Positions 1 through 13,522 of a stretch of DNA of 47,682 nucleotides are shown piece after piece; positions within the stretch are counted from its first letter, which is position 1, and every line of letters begins with the position of its first letter. The notes under the pieces were generated by a model. The model saw nothing but the letters and a program-made list of their open reading frames with translations. It was not told the DNA's origin and searched no databases. This stretch comes from Ionaspis alba (taxonomy: Eukaryota): the NCBI GenBank assembly GCA_964255285.1, contig CAXUUL010000044.1, positions 1 to 47,682 on the forward strand. The letters run 5' to 3'. A program made the translations under genes and the position numbers.

Positions 1-176
1 CGTAGACGTGACTTCCCCATGTTTTCGTTCTTGGCATTAACTTATATCCCTCACAAGCTTCAGGAACCAGACCCTATTGTCACTGGATGAAGATTGTCTG
101 GTACTTCTCCAGCAGACTTTGTTCTGGTGCCCATTGCAAGAGGTCTTGAGAGCGCTGTTAGGTATCCTCGATCAAA

Positions 177-3100
177 ATGCTTCGATCCACGTTTCGCTCT
201 TCCCGCGCGGGACTTTCGAACCGCCGCTGCGAATATAGTCGTTCGTTATGTACTCGCAGAGGGCCAGGAAGCTCAACAGGCTCAAACCTCCTCAGACCAT
301 CAGCTCATAACGTCGGGAAAAGAGCTGCCTCTCGGTCAAGCCTACCTTCACTGACAAGATGCTACGCCATGACGGCGGAAGAAACCAACAAAGGTGTGGT
401 AAGTAGCAGTATTTATCCATGTCCGGTAGCCGTTCCTAGCTCACGATTACGGTCTAGGATCCGAATGACTCTTTCCTACAAGGCAATACCGCCAACTACG
501 TTGATGAGATGTACATGCAATGGAAGCATGACCCATCCAGCGTTCACATCTCGTGGCAAATCTACTTTCGGAACATGGAGAGCGGCGACATGCCCATGTC
601 CCAAGCTTTTCAGCCACCACCCACCATCGTTCCGACTCCCACTGGAGGCGTTCCACAAACCATGCCTGGCGCAGGCCTCTCGATGGAACAAGGAGGAGAG
701 GTCACAAACCATTTGAAAGTACAACTTCTTGTTCGGGCTTATCAAGCCAGAGGACATCACAAAGCAAGAACGGACCCGTTGGGCATACGTGGAGAGGCAG
801 AAGCATTTGGATATCATCGTCCAAAGGAATTGGAATTGGACCACTATCAATTCACCGAAAAGGACCTCGACATGCAGTTGAACCTTGGGCCAGGTATCTT
901 GCCAAGATTCAAGACGGAAACCCGAACAACCATGTCTCTCAGGGAGATCATTGCAGCTTGCGAAAGGCTTTATTGCGGTTCCTACGGTGTGGAATATATT
1001 CACATTCCGGATCGAGAGAAGTGTGATTGGATCCGTAGCCGTGTTGAGATTCCACAGCCCTTCAAGTACTCCGTCGACGAAAAGCGTCGCATCCTGGATA
1101 GATTGATCTGGAGTTCCAGCTTCGAGTCTTTCTTAGCCACAAAATACCCTAATGACAAGCGTTTCGGATTGGAAGGCGCGGAGACGTTGGTCCCTGGCAT
1201 GAAGGCTCTCATTGATCGAAGCGTAGACTATGGTGTCAAAGACATTGTTATTGGTATGCCTCATCGTGGCAGGCTCAACGTCCTCAGCAACGTTGTCCGA
1301 AAACCAAACGAGTCTATCTTCAGTGAGTTTGGTGGTTCTGCGGAACCCTCAGACGAAGGATCCGGAGATGTGAAGTACCATTTGGGAATGAACTTCGAAC
1401 GTCCTACACCGTCTGGAAAACGAGTGCAGCTCTCTCTTGTCGCAAATCCCTCTCACCTGGAAGCCGAAGATCCGGTAGTGCTTGGCAAAACTCGCGCAAT
1501 TCAGCACTACAACAACGACGAGAAGCATTTCAATTCTGCGATGGGAGTCCTGCTACATGGAGACGCTGCTTTCGCTGCGCAGGGGGTCGTTTACGAGACC
1601 CTAGGCTTTCATTCCTTGCCAGCGTATGCTACAGGAGGAACCATTCACATTATCGTCAACAACCAGATTGGCTTCACAACCGATCCTCGTTTCGCTCGCT
1701 CAACTCCATACTGCTCTGACATCGCAAAAGCCATCGACGCTCCTGTTTTCCACGTGAATGGAGATGACGTTGAAGCACTGAACTTCGTGTGCCAAGTGGC
1801 AGCAGATTGGCGAGCGGAGTTCAAGACTGATGTTGTCGTTGATATCGTGTGTTATCGGAAGTCAGGCCACAACGAAACCGATCAACCATCCTTCACACAA
1901 CCTCTGATGTACAAACGCATAGGAGAGCAGATTCCGCAACTACAGAAGTATGAGGACAAGCTTCTGAGAGAGAATACTTTCTCAAAAGACGATATTGAAG
2001 AGCACAAGAAATGGGTGTGGGGTATGCTCACAGATAGCTTCGAACGGAGTAAGAACTACCAGTCCACGGCCAAGGAATGGTTGACTTCGGCATGGAACGG
2101 TTTCAAATCCCCGAAAGAGCTTGCAACGGAGGTTTTGCCTCATCTACCAACAGGTGTTCCTGCCGAAAATCTCAGACATATTGGTAAAGTCATTGGAGGC
2201 GCACCAGAAGGATTCCATGTGCACCGCAATCTGAAGCGTATTCTAGCGAACAGGAAGAAGACAATCGATGATGGCAATGCTATTGACTGGTCGACCGCAG
2301 AAGCTCTTGCATTTGGTACCCTTGTTGAAGAGGGTCACCACGTCCGTGTGTCTGGCCAAGACGTTGAGCGAGGCACATTCTCTCAGCGTCATGCTGTGCT
2401 GCACGACCAGGAGAATGAAGCAACGTATACCCCACTCCAGCACATCAGCGAAAAACAAGGAAGCTTTGTGATTAGCAACTCCTCATTGAGCGAGTTCGGA
2501 GTGTAAGTGTTCTTCACCTACCTTTCTTCTTTTCTACTGATGTGAAATCTACAGGTTGGGCTTCGAGTATGGCTACTCCCTCTCATCGCCAAATGCATTG
2601 GTCATGTGGGAAGCCCAATTTGGAGACTTCGCCAATAACTGCCAATGTATCATCGATCAGTTCATCGCTTCAGGAGAAGTCAAGTGGTTGCAGCGTTCCG
2701 GACTGGTCATGTCGCTTCCCCATGGCTATGATGGTCAAGGTCCAGAGCATTCCTCCGGCCGTATGGAACGGTATCTCCAGCTCTGCAACGAAGATCCTCG
2801 AATTTTTCCCGCGCCAGACAAGCTCGATCGCCAGCATCAGGACTGTAATATGCAGATTGCTTATATGACCAGTCCTGCAAATCTCTTCCATATTCTAAGA
2901 AGGCAAATGAATAGACAATTCAGAAAGCGTAGGAAGCTCCTTAGAGCCCAGACAATGCTTCTGCTAACTCTCATCCAGCTCTTGTTCTGTTCTTCTCAAA
3001 ATCTCTTCTTCGGCATCCTCTCGCACGGTCATCCATCGAAGAATTCACCGGCGATTCGCACTTCCAGTGGATCATTCCAGATCCCGAGCATGGTAAGACC

Positions 3101-3517
3101 ATTGCACCACCAGAAGAGATCGAGCGTGTCATACTATGTACGGGCCAAGTCTATGCTGCTCTTCACAAGCATCGCGCAAGCAAGGAAATCAAAAACGCTG
3201 CAATAACCCGTATTGAGCAACTTAACCCCTTCCCCTGGGCGCTGCTCAAGGAGAACCTTGACATGTATCCAAACGCCAAGAACATTGTATGGTGTCAAGA
3301 GGAACCACTTAACGCTGGAGCCTGGAGCTTCACCCAACCCAGAATAGAGACATTGCTCAACGAAACACAACATCACAATAGAAAGCATGTCATGTACGCC
3401 GGACGAAATCCCAGTGCTAGTGTGGCAACCGGGTTGAAAGCTAGCCATCTGAAAGAGGAGAACGATTTGCTAGACGATGCTTTTAGCGTGTATCAGGAGA
3501 AGTACAAAGGCGAGTGA
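177..3517 (+). CDS. KGD1: 2-oxoglutarate dehydrogenase E1 component, mitochondrial (about 1059 aa)
   Basis: Exons 177-398, 458-2502, 2555-2928, 2979-3517 join in frame across GT..AG introns with branch sites (GCTCAC, ACTGAT, GCTAAC). Arg/Ser-rich mitochondrial presequence. Motifs [27 protein letters not shown]-binding [52 protein letters not shown]. Confidence 0.98.
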
Positions 3518-4323
3518 GCTGCATGCCTCGCCACCAATATTGTACTACCATTGCCTGCACGATCTCTTTCCATCAACGTATCTGCTGATCATTTTACTCT
3601 TAGAGGGTATGTATATAATGCATTATGTACTTCAGCGGACATGAACCTCCTCATACAGATCTTGATATGTCTCGCGATCAAATCACACTTTTCTACCATC
3701 AATGAATTCTTGCGATCAATAAGAAAACATCGTATTTGAGCTTCCAATGTTTTCTGCCTCTCTGCAGTCGAGCCATCTAATAACCCACGGACATGTGGAT
3801 TACTCTTCAGGTGCTGGATTCGTACAGTTCGTATACTCCACGCCTCGGGTCACACTGCGTCGGAAATGTACATTGATTACCGTTCCGTAGTCCGAGTCCT
3901 CCGTCAACGTATACCGGAAAGAGGTCAAGTTAGGAGAATACGGTTACGTGCAGATGTCGAACGTTTGTGTACAGTTTCTCTACTTCCGACTCCTCAGATA
4001 CTATCATCGCTATGCTGTCCTTCTCGATGTGCAGGAAGTTTGCCTGGTAGTTCCACGAACGTGGCGCAGCCTTAGCAGTGTGCTTCCCAAGAGATTCGAG
4101 AATCCTTGATGTCTATGGAAATCCTTCTCTCCTACTGGGCCTGTGCACCTTAGACGTAAGCAGGAACGTATAGAAAGGTGGACGGCCCATTGCTGGTTCT
4201 TACTTGATCCCATTTGATGTTTTATTAGCAGTGGGGTCTCCTGGTAATACTCTCGTTTTCCACTCTCATTCTTCACTTGCAGTAGAGTAACGTGTTTTCC
4301 AGTGATCACCTTAACGAAAAGCT

Positions 4324-6320
4324 ATGGCTGAGAGTATCGATATCAATCTACTTTCCCCTGACGGTCGGCAAACCAGGATTGCGAAGCGAAACTCAAGCTC
4401 TAGAGGCAATAGCCAGACGAGTGAAGACCGCGATTTTCCGTCAACGCCTCGTGCTGCTACAACATGGCCTTCCGTATTGCAGGGGTCATTAGGTATCGTA
4501 GGTGGGAACGGGTACGATCTTGGGGAAACATGGGAATATCATGACAAGTTTCCCCAAACCCATACAGTCCATGATTTCGAGCCAAGTGAAGTTGATCTAG
4601 ACGAGCGTTCGGATACCTTGCATGACTCACCTACCCAACTCCTTGACAAGAAGGACTATTCGCCTCAATCACCTTCGTGGGGAGATCTCAATCCAACGAC
4701 TCAAATAAATTGGTCTTGGGAGTATCTTATGATTTGCTTGACTTTGATGTCTATATCTGCCTTAGTCTTCATATTCTATTGGTTTCACAATCATCCTTTG
4801 CCAGACTGGCCACTAGGGTTGACCATCAACGCCCTCATCTCTATCATTGGTACTTTTGCAAAGGGTTGTATGATGATTGTTCTTGGGACCGCACTCACCA
4901 AGTTGAAATGGCAGTGGTACAAGCATCCGAAGAATCGGAAGAACCTTCGCATTCTCGATCGATTCGAAAGGGTTGCAGCAGGGAGTGCTGTGAGTGCATT
5001 TCCTTTGATGTGGAACACACGTTTGTGAGTATTTGAATAGCTTTGTTCTCTGTTCATAGACTGACATCCGAACTCCTAATCAGCCATATGGCGAGTCTCG
5101 GAAGCTTGTTTGTTGTACTCTCCGCCACGATGGACAGTCTGCTCCAGAAAGGCATTGAGTACCCATCTCGGAGCGTGTTGGATGGTCCAGCCACAATCAA
5201 ACGAGTACAATCATACAACCACGCAGCAACTGACCCCTACAATATGGATTACGGCCCTCAGATGTTGGACCTTTCTATGACTGCCGCGATATACCAAGGG
5301 CTCTTCAGAAATCCGATTGTTCCTATGCCATTCTGTCAAACTGGCAATTGCACTTGGGATATTTACATGTCGCTTGCTCTTTGCAGTCAATGTCAAGACC
5401 TCAGTACGGAGATAACCAGAGATGGCAATACTTCGGCTCGCATTCCTACAGGTCTAGAGCTTTGGTCCATTCAGGATGCTGGCTTTGGCAAAATTCTTAG
5501 CAATCAAATTAATACATCAACTACTACAAATGCCATGAACCAAGCAAGCTATGGCCCGGACAATAACATGTTGAGCCTCAGTGTTATGTCTCCTACTCAG
5601 GCCTACCAATGTTCTTTATACTGGTGTGTTCACAAGTATAATACTTCAGTCACGAATGGTCAACTTGAACAGGAAGTCCTGGAAACGTGGGACAGCACGT
5701 ACATGAATACAAAAGAACATCAAATCGAAATACCACAGAATGGAGTTGTTGGAACAAAGGTCACCAATACCACTTTTGGTGTTGACCTCCTCACGAATGG
5801 AATCCTGTCGGAATATCTCAGGTGGATGTTCAATGGCAGCTCTCCGGTTGAAGACCGTGAACCACCTCCTAATCAAGTCGCAATCAATGTACTTGGAGGC
5901 TGGGGGTTACCTAGCGATAATGGATCCTTTGCTCCGCACGACCTAAACCTATCCTTCATCCCGGATATCATGACCAACGTGACCAAGAGCATTAGTTCTC
6001 GGATGCTTGAAGTCCGAGGTTCGGAAGAGTTTGGTGGTTATGCATATCGAAACGAGAAATACATTGAGACCTGCTGGCCATGGATCATTCTGCCCTTGGG
6101 GCTTCCTCTAGTGTCCAGCCTATTCTTCTTGGTGGTCAGACTATGTCAGAACGACTTAGAAGCAAAGGTGGCCAAAGCTTCCTCAATTCAGATAATGAGT
6201 TACCACCCAGGAGAGCAAGGAGGTTCTCCAGATCGATGGGACGATAAAGAGGATCATTCAGGAGTGGCACTACTCGACAAAGTGTTAGAGCAAGCTCTTT
6301 CAGCGGTTTCCGGTCGTTAG
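4324..6320 (+). CDS. DUF3176-like fungal membrane glycoprotein (about 645 aa)
   Basis: Exons 4324-5024 and 5084-6320; intron GTGAGT..CCTAAT.CAG restores the frame. TM segments followed by LPDWPLGLTINALISI..LTKLKWQWY, then CQTGNCTW..SLALCSQCQD, CSLYWCV and a C-terminal WPWIILPL helix, which is the pattern I recognise for DUF3176 proteins. Confidence 0.8.
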
Positions 6321-6906
6321 GATAGGGCTGTCGCGAGCAGGGAAGCGCGGTCCAATAAGGAGGTCCGGCGGAGCAAGAACACAGAAGGAGTAGCCGTTCA
6401 AATTCCTTGTTCATTGTTGTATTAAAAGCGCTCACGTTCTGTTCCCAGATCCTGTTGAAATCAACCTGCAGTGCTCAAATCTATGCTGCGAATGGTGACA
6501 TTCAATCAGCCGCTTAACACGCCATTGAGGTACTGAGACAATAGCAGTGTATAGCCACACAGATGATGTGGTGTCTGATGAAGACAAGACCAGCAGGCCA
6601 GGCTGTTTGCACAAGTGGTGTTATGAGCGTTGATGGATTAGAAAATAGTTTAGCGGCTGTGCAGCCTACGAAAGTTGCAGTAGAATGAGAGCAGTCTGTA
6701 TACTTGGTTGTTTAGGCTAATGTCTTTGAGCATGTTTCTCATGTTCCCTAACCCTTCTGCATCAGATCAACATGTCTTCTAGCCCTCGTTCGACTAACTA
6801 AATCCAATGCTCAAGCCATCCTTTTTGCCAAGTCAGTTTCGTGACGATAACGACGCGATTAAGAACACTGGGCTAAACTCCCCACCTCCCGGCTCTACCC
6901 ATGTTG

Positions 6907-8238
6907 TCACATGCTAGCGTACAGAGAAATCGGTCTCGCATACATTGGCTGACCGTTCCTTCCCACACGATGCACGACGTTTGGGTGTAGAAGTCCATCT
7001 TCAGACATCTCAGCGCCACAACATACATAGCAGAAAAGTTCACCCAGTTTGAACCACCTACTCTCCTTCTCCTCCTCAGTGCGACTGGTATGACCACTAT
7101 TTCCGTTGCCCTGAATGCTTTGCATGTTCGAATCCATCCCAGGGACCGCAGTCTCATCTGCATTCTGCGGCTGTTCCAGCTGCCGAAGATGCATGCGTTC
7201 TATCGACTCATCCTCGCCACCTCTCACGCTCCCACTAAAAGTCACATGTCGGCCATTAGCAGTGTTGGTAGTAGGTGCACGATACAAAGAATCATGCATT
7301 GCACTGAGATTCACAGTCCTGCCAAGATTTCCTGTATGCCCGCTTTGCCCAGCTTTCCATCTACCTCTGACCACGACACCATCCTCGCCTCGCATAATAA
7401 CACCTCGTGGGAGCGCCGCAGTCTGCGCAGTCCACTCCCTCTCTTCGGGAGTCCTGGTTGTGCGGAAATAGTCCCGAAAGCGCATATTTGGTGGTGGAAG
7501 CCGATATGATGAAGCGGCAGGAGTGTTGAATGTTGGAAGGCCTGGAGGTGTCGGGGTTCGTACCGGTGGTGCTTGATCGGGGACTGTTGGATAGTACACA
7601 TTGGAAGCGAGCGGAGCGGCCGTGCCATCATGAGACGAGGACGTGGAATTTTTGAAAAGACGTGAAGAGCGACGAAGAATTAGAAGGTCATCGAAACTGA
7701 AAGATTTCTTACGACGAGCTCCCGCTGTAGGCGTCAAGGTGTTTGGAGAGGCCCGCTTCCCAATTGAGGCTCTGACTGACGACCCAGAAGGGCTAGAAAA
7801 GCTGGCTTGAGGCCTAAGAGTTGCAATGCTTTTTTGCTCAGTGATTGTCTCGAGAGGAGTTGGATGATGAACGCTCCGGATAAGAGATGCCTTGGGTGTC
7901 CTTTCCAAAGACGTGGACGCTATGTCGATATCTCGCCATGCAGGAGGTGATCTACCGCCCGCGACGAATGTAGCTGCCCAAGGAGCCTTCTCGTCGAGGC
8001 TTTCGGTGCTGGGACTGTAACATAGCGCTTCAAAAATAGAGCTGTGAGAGCTAGGAAGCGATTCCGATGAATCTGCAGTGGAACGAATGGCTCGGATAGA
8101 GGCCTTATGACGAAGCCGTCGCGAGCCTCCGTTTCGGGTTGCCTCCGCCACCAGGTTTCTATCTGGGATTGAGAGTTCATTTGTACTATCACCCAGAGGT
8201 GATCGGCTGTTGGGAGATACGGATGTTTTGATAGACAT
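6907..8238 (-). CDS. hypothetical Ser/Pro/Arg-rich protein (about 443 aa)
   Basis: Uninterrupted ORF of over 1.3 kb; first in-frame ATG at 8238. Mostly low complexity, with structured-looking motifs PVRTPTPPGLPTF, VVRGRWKAGQSGH and a late FCYVCCG Cys cluster. Start codon uncertain. Confidence 0.7.
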   Translation of the reverse strand: MSIKTSVSPNSRSPLGDSTNELSIPDRNLVAEATRNGGSRRLRHKASIRAIRSTADSSESLPSSHSSIFEALCYSPSTESLDEKAPWAATFVAGGRSPPAWRDIDIASTSLERTPKASLIRSVHHPTPLETITEQKSIATLRPQASFSSPSGSSVRASIGKRASPNTLTPTAGARRKKSFSFDDLLILRRSSRLFKNSTSSSHDGTAAPLASNVYYPTVPDQAPPVRTPTPPGLPTFNTPAASSYRLPPPNMRFRDYFRTTRTPEEREWTAQTAALPRGVIMRGEDGVVVRGRWKAGQSGHTGNLGRTVNLSAMHDSLYRAPTTNTANGRHVTFSGSVRGGEDESIERMHLRQLEQPQNADETAVPGMDSNMQSIQGNGNSGHTSRTEEEKESRWFKLGELFCYVCCGAEMSEDGLLHPNVVHRVGRNGQPMYARPISLYASM

Positions 8239-9575
8239 ATCGAGTGGATATCGATGGACTTTGCAGGACCAATGCGTAACGACCATCTAGCTTGAAGAAT
8301 CACGGAGAAATCAGCGAGAAAGGCAAGGCCCATCCTTCCTACTGTTTTGGGATGATTGGTCGCCTCGGACATCACGACCCGGAGGCAGGGACCTCCATTT
8401 GTCCTTGGGGTCATTGCAACAATTGATATTGCTCCTGGTGTCTCGGCTTGTGATGGTTGCTACAGAGAAGCACATTTTGCAGACATGAATCATGGAGCAG
8501 TCATGCTTTTGCGCACAATTATACATGCAACAAGATTCCGAGAACCATAATGCGACTTTGTTATGCTGCCAAACAACAAAAAAACTACCAAAGAAAATTT
8601 CTAATATTTTTGACGGCTCTCTCGACATCTGTTCGAAGCAAGGCATGAAGCAAGGCTGAAGTCAACAGCGACTGTGTTGATTTTGTATACAGAGATTGCT
8701 CATGAAAGCCAAATCAGAATAGAAGAAGGAGCCTCGATAGCTTACGCATCATCGGAGGCTTAGCTACCTATAAAGTTTCTCGAATCTGTAGTTTTTGATC
8801 GTACCAGCAGAAAACCTATACGGACGCAAACTGTAAGCGAGGTGGCGACTAGGGTGGAAAATTTATAGCACTCCTGGATGACCTTGAGGAGTAATTTGTT
8901 ATCCAATTACGCTATGTGCATTCCACATCAATATCCCAATGTGGTAATTCTTGAACATCACCACGCTGATGAGTATGATCGGGCGAGGTAAGCCAGTACC
9001 ATACTGCACTTAGCTGAGCCAAATGTCGGACGATCCTGTTTCTCGCAAAGCACGACCAAATAGATCCGCAGTCAGATTTGTCTCAGCTCATGCTGGTTTT
9101 CCCTGCGGTGGCTCAATATGGACGTCAGTACTACGAGTGTTGAAGCAGACACTGTGGATGAGGCAAAGCGGTTTCACTGTTCTTCGTAGGCTCCTATTTC
9201 AATGACAGAATGAGAACTTATTCCTATCCTACCAACAGCTGTGGAAGGAGATTTGGACCACAAGTACTTGAACCACATTTAGGAACTAGTCGATACTTAC
9301 ATTACTCTGGTCACACTTGCCATGAAAATCGGCACGTCGATTGAAACGAGAATAAGCTGTTGGTTCGGTTGTAGGGTGGAAAAGTCCTAAATTGAAGCGG
9401 ATCGTACAGATCGGCCTAACAGAAATTGCTGGATTCTGATGCATGGCCCAGCTCAGACCGCACGGCCGTTCGAGGGAGTTTCTCTCGCTCTCTGAATAGA
9501 TAGCTTGTTGTATTGCCCGCTATCATCGGGACACAAGACAGCTTCTGGGCCTCAAGCTGTTGTGTTTTGGAAACA

Positions 9576-12186
9576 TTACCGGGAATAAGTGCCCTGATTC
9601 GAGCCTGGTTTCGAGACGATTTGGTCTTTCTTCAATGACCGAATGATACCTTCGAGTCTCCGGCGTTCCTCTTGTTCGACCTATATCCTATGATCAGCTT
9701 TGTCAACGCCAACAAGTCTATCTGACATCTTACCCGCAACGCTTTGCCGTGCTCCGCACGTGTCTCTCGCATCATCTTTTTGAACTCATTCTTTAATACC
9801 ATGGTGCTAGTGCTACCGCCGGCAAAGGAATCTCGAGAGCCAGCAAGACCGGGGCTCTTCAAACCAATCAGTTGTACCTTCTCGTCGCTCAATTGCCCAT
9901 CAAGGCTCTCGATCCGGTCTCGTAGATTATCTACGAGGTTCTCGAGCTGCTCCCTCTCTTTCTCAAAGTCAATGCTTGCTTTAGTCATAGCTTCGTAGTC
10001 ACCGATTGTATCACTAAGTTCGTGTTGCAGTGCATCTACTCGAGCTTGAAGCTTGTCGTTGCCGGTCCTTGTAGATACGAGTAGAGCGTTCAGGGCTTTC
10101 AGTTCTGCAGAAAGAGATGAGTTGTGGGTCTTGAGCGATACAAGCTCATCATGCAGTGCAGGATCCGGGGCTGTCTCCGCGGCTCGTTCAGCTCTCGTTC
10201 CATATGCTCCGTCAAGCTCGGCCTTGGAGAACGTGAGTTCCGTTTGCAAACGAATGATTTCGGTCTCAAGCTCTTTCATTGATGCATCCGATTTCGCAAC
10301 CACTTGGGCTTTACCCTCTAGGTCAGAACGAAGTGTCAGGGCGTTGACTTCCATCACTGCCAACCTTGCTTTGGTCTCATCAAATTCAGTCTTTATTTTG
10401 ACAAGTTTTTGTTCTGCGGCGTCTTCTGCTTGTATTCTCGCGGACCTTTCTGCCTCCACGGCCTCGCTGGTTTTCGTCTCGATTTGCTTCTCGCGTAATT
10501 CAATCAATTGTTTTGCGGCTGCCAGCTCCGCAGTGAGCGTATAGAGTCGTTTTTGTTGTTCGTCATTGATGAGGTTCGTTGCTGCCAGTTGTTGTTTCGC
10601 AGTGTCGAGGTCTGCCCTTGCAGACGCGAATCGTGTATCCTTAGCCTCATCCGCACTCTCATTCAATTCTCGTTGTTGCTGAACTTGACTCGTAAGAATG
10701 CTTTTATGCTTTTGTAGCTCTATTGCCCGGGCATGAAGATCCTGGACTCTCCTTGAAAAGGCTTCTAAGGAGAACTCATCATGAAGATCTGAAGTCGCTG
10801 GATCTAAAGACGTGTTGAGTATGTTCCAGAGACTTTCGACCATCGATGCATATTGTTCAGCACGATGCTGGCATTCTGTCAGCTTGGTAGAAGTGTCCTC
10901 CAAGCTCTCTGAGAAGTGTCTGATTCGACGGTCCATAGCACCAAGACCACCTTCGAGATAATCTAGTTGATCTTCTAAACTTTGTCCAGAGGCTTCTGGA
11001 GCAACAGGATATTGTGCGCTCTGTTCCTGACTTGTTTGGGTCATGATCTTGTGCATTTTAGTGTTCAAAGTCTTTAACCTCCCTTCGGCCGTCAGGTTCG
11101 TAGTCTGTAATTCACGTTTTGCATGATTTTGCAACTGATGCATCGTTTCAAGACAGTTTCCGAGAAAGTCAACTTGGTCAAAGAGAATATCTTCCACGTT
11201 AACAGGATCATCGTCCAGCTGGCGTGGAGGATCTGGTAATTCTTCCTTCCTAGGCTTCAATTCTAGAATCATATCTCGAAGTCGGGCGTTCAAATCCTCA
11301 ACGCGATTCCCAAGGTCGATAAGGAGTTGGTTGTGTTGAGCAAATTCTGTACCATTGAGAGCATTGAATCTTTTGTCGGAGCTAGCGTTGTGCTCCGCCA
11401 TCTGTGAGTAAGGACGATAGTGACTTAGATCTCCGAACTCCTGGTTGACAAACTCCTGGGCGTCATTAAGATCGAGATCGTAAGGTGCTGGTTCCTTCTT
11501 CAAGTAGCCTTTGTGCGTCATCTGTAGAACACCTGCAGTATGTTCTAGCAGCTGTCTTTGCATCCCTTGCTCTTTCCTGTCCAATTTCCATAACTGTTCG
11601 GCCAGGTACTCGCATTTCTTGGTACTGTCACTATTCAGATCATCGTCCTTGTCTCGTGGCTGAATATCACCTCCTCTCTTGCTCGGTTTTCGATATGCCT
11701 TCCCGGTATCAAACGACACTTCTTCGGATCCATCTTTCTCCTTTGCGGAATACAGCCGATTGACCGATTGAGTAGCATCTCTGAGTTTTACTTCCAAGGC
11801 CAATTTGCGCTTGGTGGCATCAACTCGGCTGGAGATTGTCGCTATTTCTCTCTTCAAATTGTCAACCTCATCCGGTGATAGAATTCGATACTGTTGGCTA
11901 TCACCCATGGCAGTCTCCAGAAGAAGATGCACCGAGACTGTGTCATGATGGTCCCATTGACCAGATTCATGGCTATTAGACTTGATAATCATTAGTAATA
12001 CAAACGATCCATTCTAGAGACAACACTTACCATATTTCGCTTGAAGACGGCCCCGTTCGTGATTGATACCGAGGTCTCATACCCGTCGAGTAGTGCTTTC
12101 GGAGATGGTCGAGCGGTTACCACAGTTTCATTGTGCAACCTTTGATCAGGAGGACCAGGGACACCGTGTAGTTGCGTACGATCCAT
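9576..12186 (-). CDS. Uds1 (up-regulated during septation) domain coiled-coil protein (about 835 aa)
   Basis: Exons 12186-12031, 11980-9734, 9680-9576. ATG in GCCGCCATGG context; donors GTAAGT and GTAAGA. N-terminal HLLLETAMGDSQQYRILSPDEVDNLKRE..LLEHTAGVLQ (Uds1 signature) followed by long heptad repeats. Confidence 0.88.
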
Positions 12187-12566
12187 GGCGGCTGCTTTCT
12201 TCGCGCTACCAGTGCCAGAATATCTCGAGCCTCAGGTGGTCATGGATTATACCTGTGTAGGGCAATGTAATCATGACTTCCCAGATCGCAATTGAACGAG
12301 CTTCATTCCGAATGGTGACGTGAAGCGGTGGGTCCGCTTACTAGAAGCGCCGCCTCATTCTTGATGAATGTAAGGTTAAAGAACGTTACCCCAAGCCTCT
12401 GGAAAGACTCGAGAATCGTGGCATGTCTTTTATGAAATTGCATAAGTATGGATAAATATCTGTACCACTATTACTCCTGGGCTTCGAGCGCTTTCGGTTG
12501 CAGATCACTTTATCACAACATTATCGAATGAGGATTTTCAATTCAGGGGAAATGATTGACACTAGA

Positions 12567-13522
12567 TCAGAACGCGCCTCTGAATTGGTCCAGAATAGCT
12601 CGTCCCATTCCCCTTCGTTGTCTGCCTTGGATACTGTGACCATCGATCCTCTCAACCCCGGTCGCTCTACCTTCGCCTTCCAATCTTCTTCTTAGACCCT
12701 CAAATCCCTCATCCCCTTTCTTACCACCGACAATCCAGCCCGGCAGGCGCCAGGTCATGATACTTTCAGGCAAGATCTCGCTTCGCCACGCGACACCAAT
12801 AGCCCATCCCACAATGGCAGATATCAAGCTACCAGGAAGCTGAGAAAGTGCCAGCTGACATGCCAGAAGATACGTAAGTGATTTGTCGCTAAACAAGATT
12901 CCACCAGGAGAGGCTTCCGAGGGTGCGGTGAGACTTGTGGTCACGATTCGATACTTGTATATATGTGGAATTGCTGCATGGTACTGGGCAAGCAGAGCAA
13001 ATATGACGGGAGTCGGCCCCGCTGGAAGATAATTTATGACATTGAGCGAGAGTGGACGGAAGATGAGAGCCAGTAGAAGCGGCGGCAGGAGGGCTGTTGC
13101 AGGGAGTATCGTGGTCAGAAACGACTGAAGTACACAATTGTTAATACATGCTTAGCATATCGAGATTAAGACGAAATATACAGCAAATTTTGTAGATCCC
13201 CACAAACGTTCAATGATCCGCATGTGATATATCGTCATTGTGGCAAACAGTAGTTCTGTCGAATTCGTGTAGCATAACTTGGCTGGAGTCAGCTGAGCCA
13301 GTAGAGGAGAACTTGGTCTGGTCTGACCAAGCAATGTCATATGTTTGAACTGACCTGCCATATCAATAGTCGCCATGCTTGCTTATAGCGCCACAAATGC
13401 GGGACTACGTGAATATAGAAGAGATGCTTTGAATCTGTCACGCTGACAACAATAGATGTTACCACCATACCAAACAAAATCGCCCTGGAGACACTGGCTC
13501 CTGACAAGCCTGAGGTCAACAT
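12567..13522 (-). CDS. DSC2: Dsc E3 ligase complex subunit Dsc2/DscB-like rhomboid pseudoprotease (about 273 aa)
   Basis: Exons 13522-13355, 13277-13182, 13124-12567, all phase 0. QAWRLLIWQLCYTNSTELLF..RIIERLWGSTKFASF, NYLPAGPTPVIFALLAQYHAAIPH and SDKSLTYLLACQLALSQLPGS fit the UBAC2/Dsc2 rhomboid-like family. Confidence 0.8.
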
